Positions 9,760 through 22,159 of a stretch of DNA of 64,000 bases are shown one piece after another (the first letter of the stretch is position 1; every line of letters starts with the position of its first letter). Origin of the DNA: Candidatus Moanibacter sp. (GTDB taxonomy: Bacteria; Verrucomicrobiota; Verrucomicrobiia; Opitutales; UBA2987); contig CBDCEW010000103.1 of the NCBI GenBank assembly GCA_965215885.1, positions 128,001-192,000 of the forward strand. The letters are read 5' to 3'. A program made the translations under genes and the position numbers. The notes under the pieces are model-generated. The model had not been told where the DNA came from. It saw nothing but the letters and a program-made list of their open reading frames with translations, and did no database searches.

Positions 9760-11078
9760 CACTACTGTCCGGTTGTTTTTCTAGGAACGCAGGTTAATCG
9801 ATTGATAACCAACATTTTACATATGATTTCTGCTGTTTTCGACTTGAAATTGCAAAAAGCCTTGTGGACTCTCAAAAATTTCGAGGGTCCAAATCATGTA
9901 TACAGGTCGATTCGTTTTTTCTCAAATCATAGATTATCTTCCGCGCCATCAGTTCCATCGTTGCGTCCAACGCTACGGAGGCGACTACAAAGTTCAAAAG
10001 TTCAGTTGCTTCGAACAATTTCTCTGCATGGGTTTTGCCGAGTTGACCTACCGGGAGAGTCTGCGCGACATCGAAACCTGCCTGCGGGCAGTACAACCAA
10101 AACTATACCACGCAGGGATTCGAAGCGGAGTATCCAAAAGCACGCTCGCCGATGCCAACGAGAAACGAGACTGGCGCAGCTACGCCGACTTTGCACAGGT
10201 CCTCATCGCAATGGCTCGTCCTTTGTATTCAAACGAGGATCTGGGCATCGACCTGGACAATACGCTCTACGCTCTGGACTCCACCACGATCGATCTATGT
10301 CTATCACTCTTCCCGTGGGCACGTTTCCGCAAGCACAAGGGGGCGGTGAAGGTCCATACGCTTCTCGATCTCAGAGGCTCTATCCCTTATTTTATCGAGA
10401 TTACCGATGGAAAAGTTCACGACGTAAACATTCTGGATCTCATCATCCCCGAGGCCGGTGCTTACTATGTAATGGACCGAGCCTATCTGCATTACGAGCG
10501 CCTCTATCGGATCGCACAATGCGGTTCTTTCTTCGTCACACGCGCCCGCCGCGGCTTTCAGTTTCGCCGCCTCTACTCTCAAAAGGTCGACAAATCAACC
10601 GGTCTGCGTTCGGACCAGACCGTTGCCCTGGTCAGCTTCTATCCTGCCAAGGCCTACCCCGAAAGACTCCGGCGTATCACTTACCTCGACCCCGACAGTT
10701 CCGAGCGCTTCGTGTTTCTCACCAACCAGTTTGCCCTCCCAGCCATAATCATCACCCAGATTTACCGTTTACGCTGGCAGATCGAATTGTTCTTCAAATG
10801 GATCAAACAGCACTTGCGCATCAAGAGCTTTTTCGGCACCTCCGAGAATGCTGTGAAGACTCAAATCTGGATTGCCGTCAGCGTCTATGTGCTCATCGCC
10901 ATCATCCGCAAACGCCTTCGCCTGGAGATCAGTTTGCACAAAATCCTACAGATTCTCAGCTTCACCCTATTTGAGAAAACTCCTATGACTGAACTACTTA
11001 CAGAAACCGATTACACTTTCAATGAACACCGCATTCCTAAACAGTTGGAGTTGTTTGACTTATAACCGGACAGTACTG
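9760..11078 (+). mobile_element. IS4-family element, copy 1 (1319 bp)
   Basis: TIRs CACTACTGTCCGGTT / AACCGGACAGTACTG. 9-bp TSD ATTTTCGAA. Confidence 0.93.
9896..11065 (+). CDS. IS4-family transposase (DUF4372 N-terminus)
   Basis: LDSTTIDL, MDRAY, and YRLRWQIELFFKWIKQHLRIK (YREK motif). Confidence 0.95.
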   Translation: MYTGRFVFSQIIDYLPRHQFHRCVQRYGGDYKVQKFSCFEQFLCMGFAELTYRESLRDIETCLRAVQPKLYHAGIRSGVSKSTLADANEKRDWRSYADFAQVLIAMARPLYSNEDLGIDLDNTLYALDSTTIDLCLSLFPWARFRKHKGAVKVHTLLDLRGSIPYFIEITDGKVHDVNILDLIIPEAGAYYVMDRAYLHYERLYRIAQCGSFFVTRARRGFQFRRLYSQKVDKSTGLRSDQTVALVSFYPAKAYPERLRRITYLDPDSSERFVFLTNQFALPAIIITQIYRLRWQIELFFKWIKQHLRIKSFFGTSENAVKTQIWIAVSVYVLIAIIRKRLRLEISLHKILQILSFTLFEKTPMTELLTETDYTFNEHRIPKQLELFDL

Positions 11079-11236
11079 ATTTTCGAACCGAAAATATAAC
11101 CCGTTGATGTTCAAGAAATATCGTTCTGCTCCTCAGGAAAGAATGTTTCGCTTAGAAAACTTAGTTTTATGAACACATTTTGGAGTATAAGCGGCTGGAT
11201 TTCACAGTATTGCGGTCGAAACTATGGCTGAGACCG

Positions 11237-11321
11237 AACATCGAACATTCAACATCGAACTTCGAACACCGAAGGTCCCTACTTCGATGTTGGACGTTGG
11301 ACGTTCGATGTTGGACGTTGA
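11237..11321. repeat. Inverted 7-bp-period tandem repeat hairpin
   Basis: AACATCG/AACATTC/AACTTCG units followed by complementary GATGTTG/GACGTTG units. Confidence 0.75.
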
Positions 11322-11497
11322 TCATATCCGCGGCGTTCTCGAATCCGTGGTCAATTCTTCTTTATTCGCGTCCATTCGCGTGCATCCGCGGTTCTCTTCT
11401 TCTTTTTTGGTTGCGGCTACGCTGCGCTAGGTCATCCGTGGTCAATTCAGTCTTCATGCTTCCTCCCGCCCTAAATATTGTTTTATCTGGCAGCCTC

Positions 11498-12766
11498 ATG
11501 AAAAAACGTTCGAGTAAGTCCAAGAGGCTGCTAGGCTGCCTTGCCCTCTCCCTCCTTTCTTTCCTCTTCATATTTTCGGTATTGGAATTTGCTCTCCGTA
11601 TTTTCTACCCGAAATACGAATACGCGGCGGAATCTCAATACGACCGCAATAGCATCCGGATCTGGTCACGTCGCGCCAACACCCGATATTATGGAAGGCA
11701 CCCGGATACGGAGAGAATTCATGCCGTATACCACAACAATCTCGCCCTGCGTCAGCACCGGAATTTCTCTAGCGAAGACCTTCGAGCGGCAACAAATCTG
11801 GGATTCTTCGGTGACTCCTTCGCCGAGAATCAGCGTTTGCCGTCACAGTATTCCTTCTCGGAGCCTCTCGATTACCTTCTCAACCGGACCGGTAGAGCCT
11901 TCAACGTTCTGAATTTCGGCGTCGACGGCTACGGCCCGGGCCAGTCTTTCCTCTATTATCAGCAATCAGCGGATGCCGTACAACTGGATTATGTCTTCTA
12001 TCTCTTCTGCATCAACGATATCCGAAACACCTACGAAAACGACCTCTTTCCCGTCGATCCTGTGGGATCCCTCGTCAGAAATCCAAGTGTAGAGTCACCT
12101 GCGTGGCTGCGGCTGTTCTCGCGGCTGCACCTCTCCTACTTTCTCCTCGATTTCAGCCAACGGTTATTTTCCAAATACGGCGATGTGAACCGGCAGGTAT
12201 TCGATGAGTGGTATTCATTAGAGCATCAACGAAAACGATTTCGCTCTTCCCAAGCCCTGTCCATCGAGCATCGATTCGTTTCAGGCGAAGGAGATGCCGA
12301 ACTGAGAGCGCTCCTGTCCGTATTTGACGCCGTTCTCCGCCAATGGAAAAGCCTTGTTGAACAAAACGGAGCACGGTTCATTGTCGTTCTCCTTCCCCGG
12401 CCTGAAGAGAACGGGAAGGCCAGGATCTTTTCCGAAGATTACGAGGTTCTTAACCTCTATGAGAAAATCGCTCCTTCCGGTGATACGTCCGAGCCGGGCC
12501 ATCTCAGATTTATTCGCGACGGGCACTGGAATGAATCGGCAAATCTCTTATCCGCGCTCGAATTGTACCGATTCGTCGAAGACCAGGAGAAGCTTGCTCC
12601 TCTTTCACAGGAGCGACTTGTGAGCGACCTGACCACCTACTACTCCGCCTTCCCCAACGGCTGGATGCCCGAATCCCAAACGCAATCCACTGCCTCCACC
12701 AAAATCCTCCATGGAATACAGATGAAATATCTCGCCCTCGAGCTCGAGAAATCGGGTTCTTTCTAA
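11498..12766 (+). CDS. Membrane-anchored SGNH/GDSL hydrolase-family protein
   Basis: N-terminal TM (LEFALR), GDSF, NFGVDGYG, and DGHWN catalytic block. Confidence 0.8.
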   Translation: MKKRSSKSKRLLGCLALSLLSFLFIFSVLEFALRIFYPKYEYAAESQYDRNSIRIWSRRANTRYYGRHPDTERIHAVYHNNLALRQHRNFSSEDLRAATNLGFFGDSFAENQRLPSQYSFSEPLDYLLNRTGRAFNVLNFGVDGYGPGQSFLYYQQSADAVQLDYVFYLFCINDIRNTYENDLFPVDPVGSLVRNPSVESPAWLRLFSRLHLSYFLLDFSQRLFSKYGDVNRQVFDEWYSLEHQRKRFRSSQALSIEHRFVSGEGDAELRALLSVFDAVLRQWKSLVEQNGARFIVVLLPRPEENGKARIFSEDYEVLNLYEKIAPSGDTSEPGHLRFIRDGHWNESANLLSALELYRFVEDQEKLAPLSQERLVSDLTTYYSAFPNGWMPESQTQSTASTKILHGIQMKYLALELEKSGSF

Positions 12767-13165
12767 GACAAGGCTCATTACCTCGACTTTCGACTACGAT
12801 TGCGACGACGACAATCGAGTGGCTATTCAACCAATCTTAATCGTAGTCGAAAATCGAACATCACCGACCATCGGCTAAGACAGAAGATCAAAACCGCTTC
12901 CCTCCTTCCCGTCTCCGCGTCCCCGAATCTCCGTTTCTCTTCACCCCTTCTCCCCTACTCCGTGTCCCCGCTTCTCCGTGTCTCTCCAATTGCCCCTCTC
13001 CCATCGTGTCTCTCAATCGTAATCTATCGTCGATCTTTTTCTTCTCGATTTTAGATCACGATTATGATCACAACGGGAAGAGCGAGACGAATCTCTCCTC
13101 TCCCATCGTGCCTCTCAATCGTGATCTCCTGTCGATCTTCCCTTCTTTCGAATTTAGATCACGAG

Positions 13166-13273
13166 GTAGCCGGACGCGCAAGCGTTCGGATTTGCCGTAG
13201 ACCCCTAAATCAGTTGTGATTTCCAGGTTAAGCGTTTCGAGCCTCGTCCCCGCCTTCTTGCGAAGCCGGCTAC
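13166..13273. repeat. Pair of GTAG-type REP palindromes
   Basis: GTAGCCGGACGCGCAAGCGTTCGG on plus and GTAGCCGGCTTCGCAAGAAGGCGG on minus. Confidence 0.7.
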
Positions 13274-13750
13274 ATAGTCCAATTCCTGGCGAAACGGGCT
13301 GAGATAAGACTACATTCTGTAGAGGACCGCGGGAGTATTTCTACGAATTTGCAGGGCAATATCGACCCGTCGTCGCTGCTCCCGCCGATCGGGATGAGGC
13401 AGGCAAGGTTCGGGTCCCGCTCAGCGGCATTACGACGAGGTTTGAACAAAGGTGATTCGAACTCCACCTCGGAGTTTCCTCTTCCCTTTATGCCGGATCA
13501 CCCGAGAGGGAAACCTTGCATGCCTCGGCAAAGCGCAACGACGACGGGTCCCGAACCTTGTCTGCCTCGGCACAGCTGAGCGACGACGGGTCGAATCCAT
13601 TCTGACACGGATTACGATTATCATTACGACCGAAAACAGCATCCGCACTATTTCCTTGCTTACCCCCTCAGAATAAGTCCAATAGTTCCCCACAATGAGC
13701 CTACTGCCTTAAGAGCCTGTCGGACCCTGAGTCCGACAGATTCCTAACCT

Positions 13751-13823
<73 letters not shown>

Positions 13824-13916
13824 CTCTCTAGATTTTGCGCCGGGCCTATCCGTTCTGTTGGCCCGGCGCAAATTCTGCTTGCACCCGTTTCTGATATTCG
13901 CGAAGTTTGAAGTCAC

Positions 13917-14906
13917 ATGAGCACTTTGACCGCAACACACACTGAGCTAAACACGGACACTCTGCGTTGGATGTATGAGACCATGGTCACCATCCGCCGC
14001 TTCGAGGAGCAGGCGCGGAGGGAGGCGGATGCGGGCAAGCTCCGCGGGATGCACTCCTCGATCGGCCAGGAGGCGGTACCGACCGGCATCTGTGCTCACC
14101 TGCGAGACGATGACTATGTTTTGGGAACGCACCGCAGCCACCACCACTGCATCGCCAAGGGTGTGGACCTGAGCGAGATGATGGCGGAGCTGTTGGGCAA
14201 GTCCACCGGCACCAACAACGGGAAGGGAGGCACCATGCACATCGCCGACATCAACAAGGGTATGCTCGGAGCCAATGGGGTTGTAGGCTCGAGCATTCCG
14301 GTTGCCACCGGCGTCGGGTTGAGCGCCAGGATGCGGGGTAGCGACCAGGTCAGCGTGGCCTTTTTCGGCGACGGCGCCGCCAATCAGGGCAGCCTTCACG
14401 AGTCAATGAACCTGGCCGCCATCTGGAAACTTCCCGTACTATATGTCTGTGAAAATAACCGCTACGCCGAGGCCACGCCGTTTGAATACTCGGTGGCCGG
14501 AGCGTCCGTCGCGAAGCGGGCGGCCGGCTACGATATGCCCGGAATCATGGTCGACGGCCAGTCAGCTCTTGACGTATATCAGGTCGCCGAGGAGGCGGTC
14601 GGCCGAGCGAGGGCCGGCGAGGGTCCGACTCTCATAGAGGCCCAGACTTATCGTTACCACGGTCACTTCGGTGCCGACGACCCGCTTTTATATCGCACTC
14701 AGGAGGAGGAGGATTTTTATGAGGCAAAAGATTGTATCGCGAGGCTTCGAGAGCATATCCTCGAGAACGGCGCAAGCGCTGAAGCCGAACTCGATGCCAT
14801 CGATTCTCGGGCTGAGCAGGCCGTCGCGGAGGCCGCCAAATTCGCCGATGAGAGCCCCTTCCCGGAGTCCAGCGAGCTCACTACGGACGTCTATGTCTCT
14901 TACTAA
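13917..14906 (+). CDS. acoA: TPP-dependent acetoin/2-oxoacid dehydrogenase E1 alpha
   Basis: GQEA, THRSHHH, GDGA...ENNRY TPP motif, and TYRYHGH. Confidence 0.85.
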   Translation: MSTLTATHTELNTDTLRWMYETMVTIRRFEEQARREADAGKLRGMHSSIGQEAVPTGICAHLRDDDYVLGTHRSHHHCIAKGVDLSEMMAELLGKSTGTNNGKGGTMHIADINKGMLGANGVVGSSIPVATGVGLSARMRGSDQVSVAFFGDGAANQGSLHESMNLAAIWKLPVLYVCENNRYAEATPFEYSVAGASVAKRAAGYDMPGIMVDGQSALDVYQVAEEAVGRARAGEGPTLIEAQTYRYHGHFGADDPLLYRTQEEEDFYEAKDCIARLREHILENGASAEAELDAIDSRAEQAVAEAAKFADESPFPESSELTTDVYVSY

Positions 14907-14926
14907 TCACCTCTAGGAGGACAGCA

Positions 14927-15958
14927 ATGACCGAGGTTCAGGTAGCAACAAGGCAACTCTCGTTTATCCAGGCCATCAACGAGGCGATCCAACAGGAGAT
15001 GAAACGGGACGACCGGGTCTTCGTCATGGGCGAGGACATCGCCGGCGGCGCCGGACGGCCCGATAAAGAGGACGCATGGGGCGGTCCCATGAGATTGACC
15101 AAGGGCCTCATCGAGCAATTTGGGCCCGAGCGGGTGCGTGATACTCCGATCTCCGAAGCGGGATTCATGGGAGCCGGCGTGGGCGCCGCCGCCACCGGCC
15201 TTCGACCCATTGTCGATCTCATGTACGTCGGTTTCTTCGGCGTCTGTGCCGATCAGATTACGAACAACGCCGCCAAGATTCATTACATGTTCGGCGGTAA
15301 GGTAAACGTGCCACTGACTATCATGACTGCCATCGGAGGGGGCACTGGCTCGGCAGCGCAGCATTCGGAGACCCTCTATTCGATCTTCACACATTTCCCC
15401 GGACTCAAGTGCGTCGTCCCCTCGAACCCGTACAACGTCAAGGGATTGTTTACCTCAGCGATCCGTGACGACGATCCGGTTATCATCTTCAATAATCGGC
15501 AACTCATGGGGCTGCGCTTCGAAGATGACGTCCCCGAAGACCAGTACACCGTGCCTATCGGCGAAGCCAACGTCGCTCGGGAGGGGTCGGATGTCACACT
15601 CATCGGTATCGGCTACACGACGCGTCTATGCCTGGAGGCGGCCGATGAACTCTCCGCTCAGGGCTACTCTCCCGAAGTCATCGACCTCATCTCCCTCTCT
15701 CCCATGGATTCAAACGCCATCCTGGAGTCCGTAAAGAAGACTCGAAAGATCGTGATCGTCGATGAAGACTACCCGCGTTGCAGCATTGCTACGGATATTT
15801 CGGCGCTTGTGGCGGAAGAGGCCTTCGACTATCTCGACGCTCCTCCACGGCGCGTTACGCCTCCGCACACTCCAATACCCTACAGCAAATCCCTGGAGAG
15901 TCACTACCTCCCCGACAAGGAGGGCGTTCTGGCCGCAGCCCTCCAGGTTCTGGAATAG
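14927..15958 (+). CDS. acoB: Acetoin/2-oxoacid dehydrogenase E1 beta
   Basis: MGEDIAGG, RDTPISE and AAQHS. Confidence 0.85.
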   Translation: MTEVQVATRQLSFIQAINEAIQQEMKRDDRVFVMGEDIAGGAGRPDKEDAWGGPMRLTKGLIEQFGPERVRDTPISEAGFMGAGVGAAATGLRPIVDLMYVGFFGVCADQITNNAAKIHYMFGGKVNVPLTIMTAIGGGTGSAAQHSETLYSIFTHFPGLKCVVPSNPYNVKGLFTSAIRDDDPVIIFNNRQLMGLRFEDDVPEDQYTVPIGEANVAREGSDVTLIGIGYTTRLCLEAADELSAQGYSPEVIDLISLSPMDSNAILESVKKTRKIVIVDEDYPRCSIATDISALVAEEAFDYLDAPPRRVTPPHTPIPYSKSLESHYLPDKEGVLAAALQVLE

Positions 15959-15969
15959 GAAGAGCCGCC

Positions 15970-17563
<1,594 letters not shown>

Positions 17564-17571
17564 TCACCCAC

Positions 17572-18942
17572 TCAGTGAGTGTAACCGGCCTCCCCGTGGA
17601 TAGTGAGATCAAGGCCAGTCTCCTCAACATCTTCGCTCACTCTGAGGCCGACGATTTTATCAATTATGAAGAGTGCGATACCAGAGACCACTCCACTCCA
17701 GAGAACCGTCACGATAATGCTCTTAATCTGCACCCAGGTCTGACCACCGATTCGAAAACTCTCTGCTCCGCCATCTCCAATAAAGAGGCATCCAGTAAGG
17801 AAAGCTCCCACAATCCCACCGACACCGTGCACACCAAATACATCCAGGCTATCGTCATAACCGAGTTTTCGTTTCAAACTGGTAGCCGCAAAGAAGCAAC
17901 ACGCTCCGGCGGCAAAACCTATGACAAGCGCGCCTACCGGCCCAACTGAGCCGGATGCCGGTGTGATTGCGACAAGACCTGCCACCGCTCCGGTGGCCAT
18001 TCCGACCGCGGTGGGTGTTCCGCTCTTGATCCATTCGATTGCCATCCAGGTTACCGCGGCTGTGGCTGTGGCAACCTGAGTCACGAGAAGCGCCATACCC
18101 GCCGTCCCATCGGCGGCCAATTCGCTGCCTGCGTTAAAGCCGAACCATCCGACCCACAACATCGAAGCGCCCACCACCGTGAGGGGCACACTGTGAGGCA
18201 TGATTGGCTCGGTACCGAATCCACGCCGCTTCCCCACCATCACACAGGCAACCAACCCCGCTATACCCGCATTTATGTGGACAACAGTACCTCCCGCAAA
18301 ATCGATCACTCCCCACTCAGCAAAGAGCGCGCCATCTCCCGACCACGCCATATGGCAGACAGGGAGGTAGGAGAAAGTAAACCAAACTATACAGAACAAC
18401 AACATCGCGCTGAATTTCATGCGCTCAGCAAATGCGCCCACGATAAGCGCCGGCGTAATGATGGCGAAGGTCATCTGAAAGGTTACAAAGACACTCTCAG
18501 GAATTGTACCTGATACCGTCTCCACCCCTATCCCGGAAAGAAAAGCGCTGCCGAGTCCTCCAAAAAATGAATGCAGGTTGATCACTCCCGCCTCCATACC
18601 CGCGGTGTCAAATGCGACGCTGTATCCGTAGATTATCCACAGTATCGTTATAACGCCGACCATGGCGAAGCATTGCACAAGGACTGAAAGAACGTTCTTG
18701 GTCCGCACCAGGCCCCCGTAAAACAAGGATAATCCGGGAATCGTCATGAAGAGGACGAGCACCGTTGCAACGATCATCCAGGCGGTATCACCCGAATCAA
18801 TGGCAGCGGCAGGCAACACTTCCTCGATCGCCATTGACTCTTCAGCTCTCAGACCGGGTGCAGCCGAAAATAGCCAACCACATAGGATAAAAATCGCGGC
18901 ACGCAAATAGCGTGGCCAAGGCACCAGAACAGATGTATTCAT
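17572..18942 (-). CDS. amtB: Ammonium transporter
   Basis: DTAWM, FQMTFAIITPAL, DFAGGTVVH, WFGFNAGS and DDSLDVFGVHG. Confidence 0.96.
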   Translation of the reverse strand: MNTSVLVPWPRYLRAAIFILCGWLFSAAPGLRAEESMAIEEVLPAAAIDSGDTAWMIVATVLVLFMTIPGLSLFYGGLVRTKNVLSVLVQCFAMVGVITILWIIYGYSVAFDTAGMEAGVINLHSFFGGLGSAFLSGIGVETVSGTIPESVFVTFQMTFAIITPALIVGAFAERMKFSAMLLFCIVWFTFSYLPVCHMAWSGDGALFAEWGVIDFAGGTVVHINAGIAGLVACVMVGKRRGFGTEPIMPHSVPLTVVGASMLWVGWFGFNAGSELAADGTAGMALLVTQVATATAAVTWMAIEWIKSGTPTAVGMATGAVAGLVAITPASGSVGPVGALVIGFAAGACCFFAATSLKRKLGYDDSLDVFGVHGVGGIVGAFLTGCLFIGDGGAESFRIGGQTWVQIKSIIVTVLWSGVVSGIALFIIDKIVGLRVSEDVEETGLDLTIHGEAGYTH

Positions 18943-19000
18943 GTTAAATTCGATCTATCTCAAGAAATTGATACACAAGTATGATAGTCCTATCTCGATA

Positions 19001-19017
19001 AGCATCCATCATGCCAA
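19001..19017 (-). promoter_or_regulatory. Sigma-54 -24/-12 promoter of amtB-glnK
   Basis: Minus strand TTGGCATGATGGATGCT (GG-N10-GC), about 60 bp upstream of the start. Confidence 0.75.
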
Positions 19018-19149
19018 CGCCCCAATTAATCAAACGTCTGTCTAATCTTAGACAGACACCGGTCGATCTTGCTCAGGCTAGAATTTTCCGGAGGCGATAA
19101 CCGTCTCCGCTGCGTTCGCTCCCCGCCCCTTTCGCGTTTTTTCGCGTGC

Positions 19150-19443
19150 TTAGCGGGCATCCCTCTTATTTCGAGAACGAGAACGATTACGACTTTCGAA
19201 CGACAAAGTTTGGGAGGATATCTTGGTGGTAGTAATTCGAGGTTGAAACGACGAGGCTTACGACAAAGACACAGAACACCGAACACCCCACCACCAAAAA
19301 CCTAAAACCTCTCGCAGTTTCTCCGACTCGCCGGTTCCTACTCTCTTCTCCCTCCCCCTTTCGCTCTGCCGTACGGCAGAGTGTTTAGCGGGCATCCATC
19401 ATATTTCGAGAACGAGAACGATTACGAATGTCGAACGACAAAG
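19150..19443 (+). repeat. Two ~59-bp direct repeats
   Basis: TTAGCGGGCATCC.TC.TATTTCGAGAACGAGAACGATTACGA..TCGAACGACAAAG at about 19150 and 19385. Confidence 0.75.
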
Positions 19444-19665
19444 CCTACGACAAGGTTCGGGTCCCGCTCAGCGGGCTTGCGCCGAGGTTTACCTCAAAGG
19501 ACAATTCGGCACCGGCGTCAGCCACCCAGCAACTCTTCAACTCTGCCTCTCTTTGCGGCTTTGCGGCTTCTTGACAGGGCGTAGTACCGCTTGCGGGCCG
19601 AAGACCGTTGCGTGAGCCTACTCACATTTTCCATCTTCCACTTTTCAACCCTGGAACCCTTCTTT

Positions 19666-20037
19666 TCATTTCCTATACCAACTCCCGTCTTTCCCCTGCA
19701 GCCAGATTCCCTTAATCGAGCGCTTTGCAAATTGCTCAGCTCGCTGCATTCCCACCTTCTCTCTCGAGGAGTCGGCTTTCATACCAATTATGATATATAT
19801 CTTCTTGCGGTCCTCATTTTCCCTTTTCAGAAGTTCGGCATGCTTCTCGCTCAGCGGAATTCTGGCTTCGAGGTAGCCTCCGCTGTTTTCTCCGATATCA
19901 CCGGATAGTTTCAGCGTATCGACAACTGGGAGGCGCTCGACCATCCGCCTCATAATAATGACACCTTCATCGCCCATCAGCGATCCGGAACCCATCAGAA
20001 GCGCCACAAACAGTATTTGAGGAAAGTACCTTATCAT
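19666..20037 (-). CDS. DUF1318/YdbL-family protein
   Basis: Signal peptide, IGENSGGYL, ENEDRKKIY, and GIWLQGKDGSWYRK. Confidence 0.8.
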   Translation of the reverse strand: MIRYFPQILFVALLMGSGSLMGDEGVIIMRRMVERLPVVDTLKLSGDIGENSGGYLEARIPLSEKHAELLKRENEDRKKIYIIIGMKADSSREKVGMQRAEQFAKRSIKGIWLQGKDGSWYRK

Positions 20038-20246
20038 TCTACGTCCGTATGCTTGATCACATGAACCATTGTCTTTGCGTCGGCGTCCAAGGGTCCGAAA
20101 TAGATATCCAATTCGCGCTTAATCCGAACTACCGGATCGATAAAAGGCTTATCCTTCTTCTTTTTTAGGATACTCTTGCACCCCGCCAGCATTAACAGGC
20201 AAAGGATCAACACTGCGAAAACACCAATACTCCGAAACGCCTTCAT
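20034..20246 (-). CDS. Small lipoprotein
   Basis: Lipobox LAGC. Translationally coupled to the DUF1318 gene. Confidence 0.65.
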   Translation of the reverse strand: MKAFRSIGVFAVLILCLLMLAGCKSILKKKKDKPFIDPVVRIKRELDIYFGPLDADAKTMVHVIKHTDVE

Positions 20247-20558
20247 CTTAACTCCTCATCGGCTCAATATAATCAATCGTTGTCAAGACCAAGTTTGAAA
20301 CGGCCACACTCTGCCACCTTTTCATTCTTCAGGGACAACGCACTATCACTTAGCACCCAAATCCGAAAACTTACCCTTCTGCTCTAGCAATTTGCAACTC
20401 TTCCACTTCCTCTCTCCTAAACTTTGCGTCTTAGTCCCGGCGTGCCAGCATGAGCCTGCTCACATACATCCTCCGAATCCCGCTCAGCGGGAGTATGAGG
20501 ACCCTCACTTCCTTACTATTGCCTTCCCCACCCTTTCTCTACAAAAATGCGCGACAGC

Positions 20559-21653
20559 ATGGGCAATGTCTTCGGAAAGCTATTCACTATCTCCACCTGG
20601 GGCGAGAGTCATGGCGGCGGTATCGGCGTGGTTGTCGATGGCTGTCCGCCCGGCCTTCCCCTCGACGAAGCCGACATCCAAAAGGAGCTCGATCGCCGCC
20701 GTCCAGGTCAGAGTGATATCACCACGGCCCGCAAAGAATCGGACGCGGTAACCATCATCTCAGGACTCTTCGAGGGAAAGACGATCGGGACACCCATTGG
20801 GATGCTCATTCCCAATACCGACGCCCGGCCTGAAGCCTACGCCGAGATGAAGGATAAATTCCGGCCCTCCCACGCAGATTTCACCTATCTGGAGAAATAC
20901 GGAATTCGCAATCACGAGGGCGGTGGTCGCTCCTCCGCCCGCGAGACCGCTGGAAGGGTTGCCGCCGGCGCCATAGCCAGAAAGATTCTCAAGCGCGTTG
21001 CCGATGTCGATATTATCGCCTACACCGAGAAAATACACACAATCGAGATGCCCCCGATCGATGCCTTTCCCAACGTCGATGAGGTCGACGCGACTCCGGT
21101 GCGATGTCCCCACCCCGAAACAGCGGAAACAATGATCGCGCGGATTAAAGAAGTGAGGAAGAGCGGCAATTCAGTCGGTGGAATCATACGTTGTCGCGCG
21201 CGCAATCTTCCCACCGGACTGGGAGAACCGGTATTCGACCGCCTCGAAGCAGATCTGGCCAAAGCCATGCTCTCTCTCCCCGCCACCAAGGGTTTCGAAA
21301 TCGGGAGCGGATTTGCCGGGACCGATCTCACCGGCGCCGAACACAACGATCCCTTCGAAAACCGAGACGGTGCCATCCGCACACAAACCAACAATTCCGG
21401 CGGCGTCCAGGGCGGCATATCCAACGGCGAGGAACTCTTCTTTCGCGTCGCCTTCAAACCCCCCGCGACCATCCTGCAAAAGCAGAAAACAGTCACCATC
21501 CATGGCGAGGAAACCGAACTCATCGGCCGCGGCCGTCACGATCCATGCGTCGTCCCTCGCGCCGTCCCCATCGTCGAAGCGATGACTGCCCTCGTTCTTG
21601 TCGACCACTGGATGCGCCACCACGCCCAAAATAAAACCTTCCGATTCGACTAG
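20559..21653 (+). CDS. aroC: Chorismate synthase
   Basis: [28 protein letters not shown] and GRHDPC. Confidence 0.97.
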   Translation: MGNVFGKLFTISTWGESHGGGIGVVVDGCPPGLPLDEADIQKELDRRRPGQSDITTARKESDAVTIISGLFEGKTIGTPIGMLIPNTDARPEAYAEMKDKFRPSHADFTYLEKYGIRNHEGGGRSSARETAGRVAAGAIARKILKRVADVDIIAYTEKIHTIEMPPIDAFPNVDEVDATPVRCPHPETAETMIARIKEVRKSGNSVGGIIRCRARNLPTGLGEPVFDRLEADLAKAMLSLPATKGFEIGSGFAGTDLTGAEHNDPFENRDGAIRTQTNNSGGVQGGISNGEELFFRVAFKPPATILQKQKTVTIHGEETELIGRGRHDPCVVPRAVPIVEAMTALVLVDHWMRHHAQNKTFRFD

Positions 21654-21781
21654 TACAAAACCCAGAAGCGGGACACAGAGGTGCACAGAGAAGCACGGAG
21701 CCGCACAGAGATGACGGCGACTTCGCATTAACCGTTGCATCGATACCAATAGCTCATAAAAGTGCGATATTGCCTGACGGG

Positions 21782-21963
21782 TAGAAAGTTGGGGGGAGTC
21801 GACTTCGCCTCGCGCGGAGCGCGGTGCAAACGGTCAAGGAAGCATTTACGAGAGCGTTTTCATGGGGGTAATAGTCAGTGTGCGCTCTTGCAAATGCTTC
21901 CTTGCCCGTTTGCCACTCTGCCGCATTGCAGAGCAGGCGAAGTCGACTCCCCCAAACTTTCTA
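21782..21963. mobile_element. MITE-like element with 29-bp TIRs nested in the CACAGAG repeat
   Basis: TAGAAAGTTGGGGGGAGTCGACTTCGCCT ... AGGCGAAGTCGACTCCCCCAAACTTTCTA (1 mismatch). Confidence 0.7.
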
Positions 21964-22159
21964 TATCTCCAAATTGCATTCTCGGTGGTGCTCTGTGCTT
22001 CTCTGTGGCGCTCTGTGACCCCCGATTTAGCTATGACTTAACCGTCTGTTCCTACCTTACTTACATAACATTTCTACGCAAATCGGTATTGGATAAGACT
22101 CTAATCAACGCCGAGAGTTCATTCACTGAACACTGAACTCTGCTCACTTTCGCTCTCCC

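Noticed and set aside
9802..10974. Long alternative-frame ORF in IS4 (also 48259-49389)
   Set aside because: It is an overlapping shadow frame with no recognisable domain, and its presence in both copies only reflects their identity.
11180..11497. N-terminal extension of the SGNH ORF
   Set aside because: It translates intergenic repeats. ATG 11498 before the TM segment is the more plausible start.
19150..19443. Possible CRISPR array
   Set aside because: Only two long units with a ~175-bp gap and no cas genes.
21782..21963. Relationship to the 182-bp CTAG MITE (same length)
   Set aside because: No sequence similarity in TIRs or body, so the equal length is treated as coincidence.
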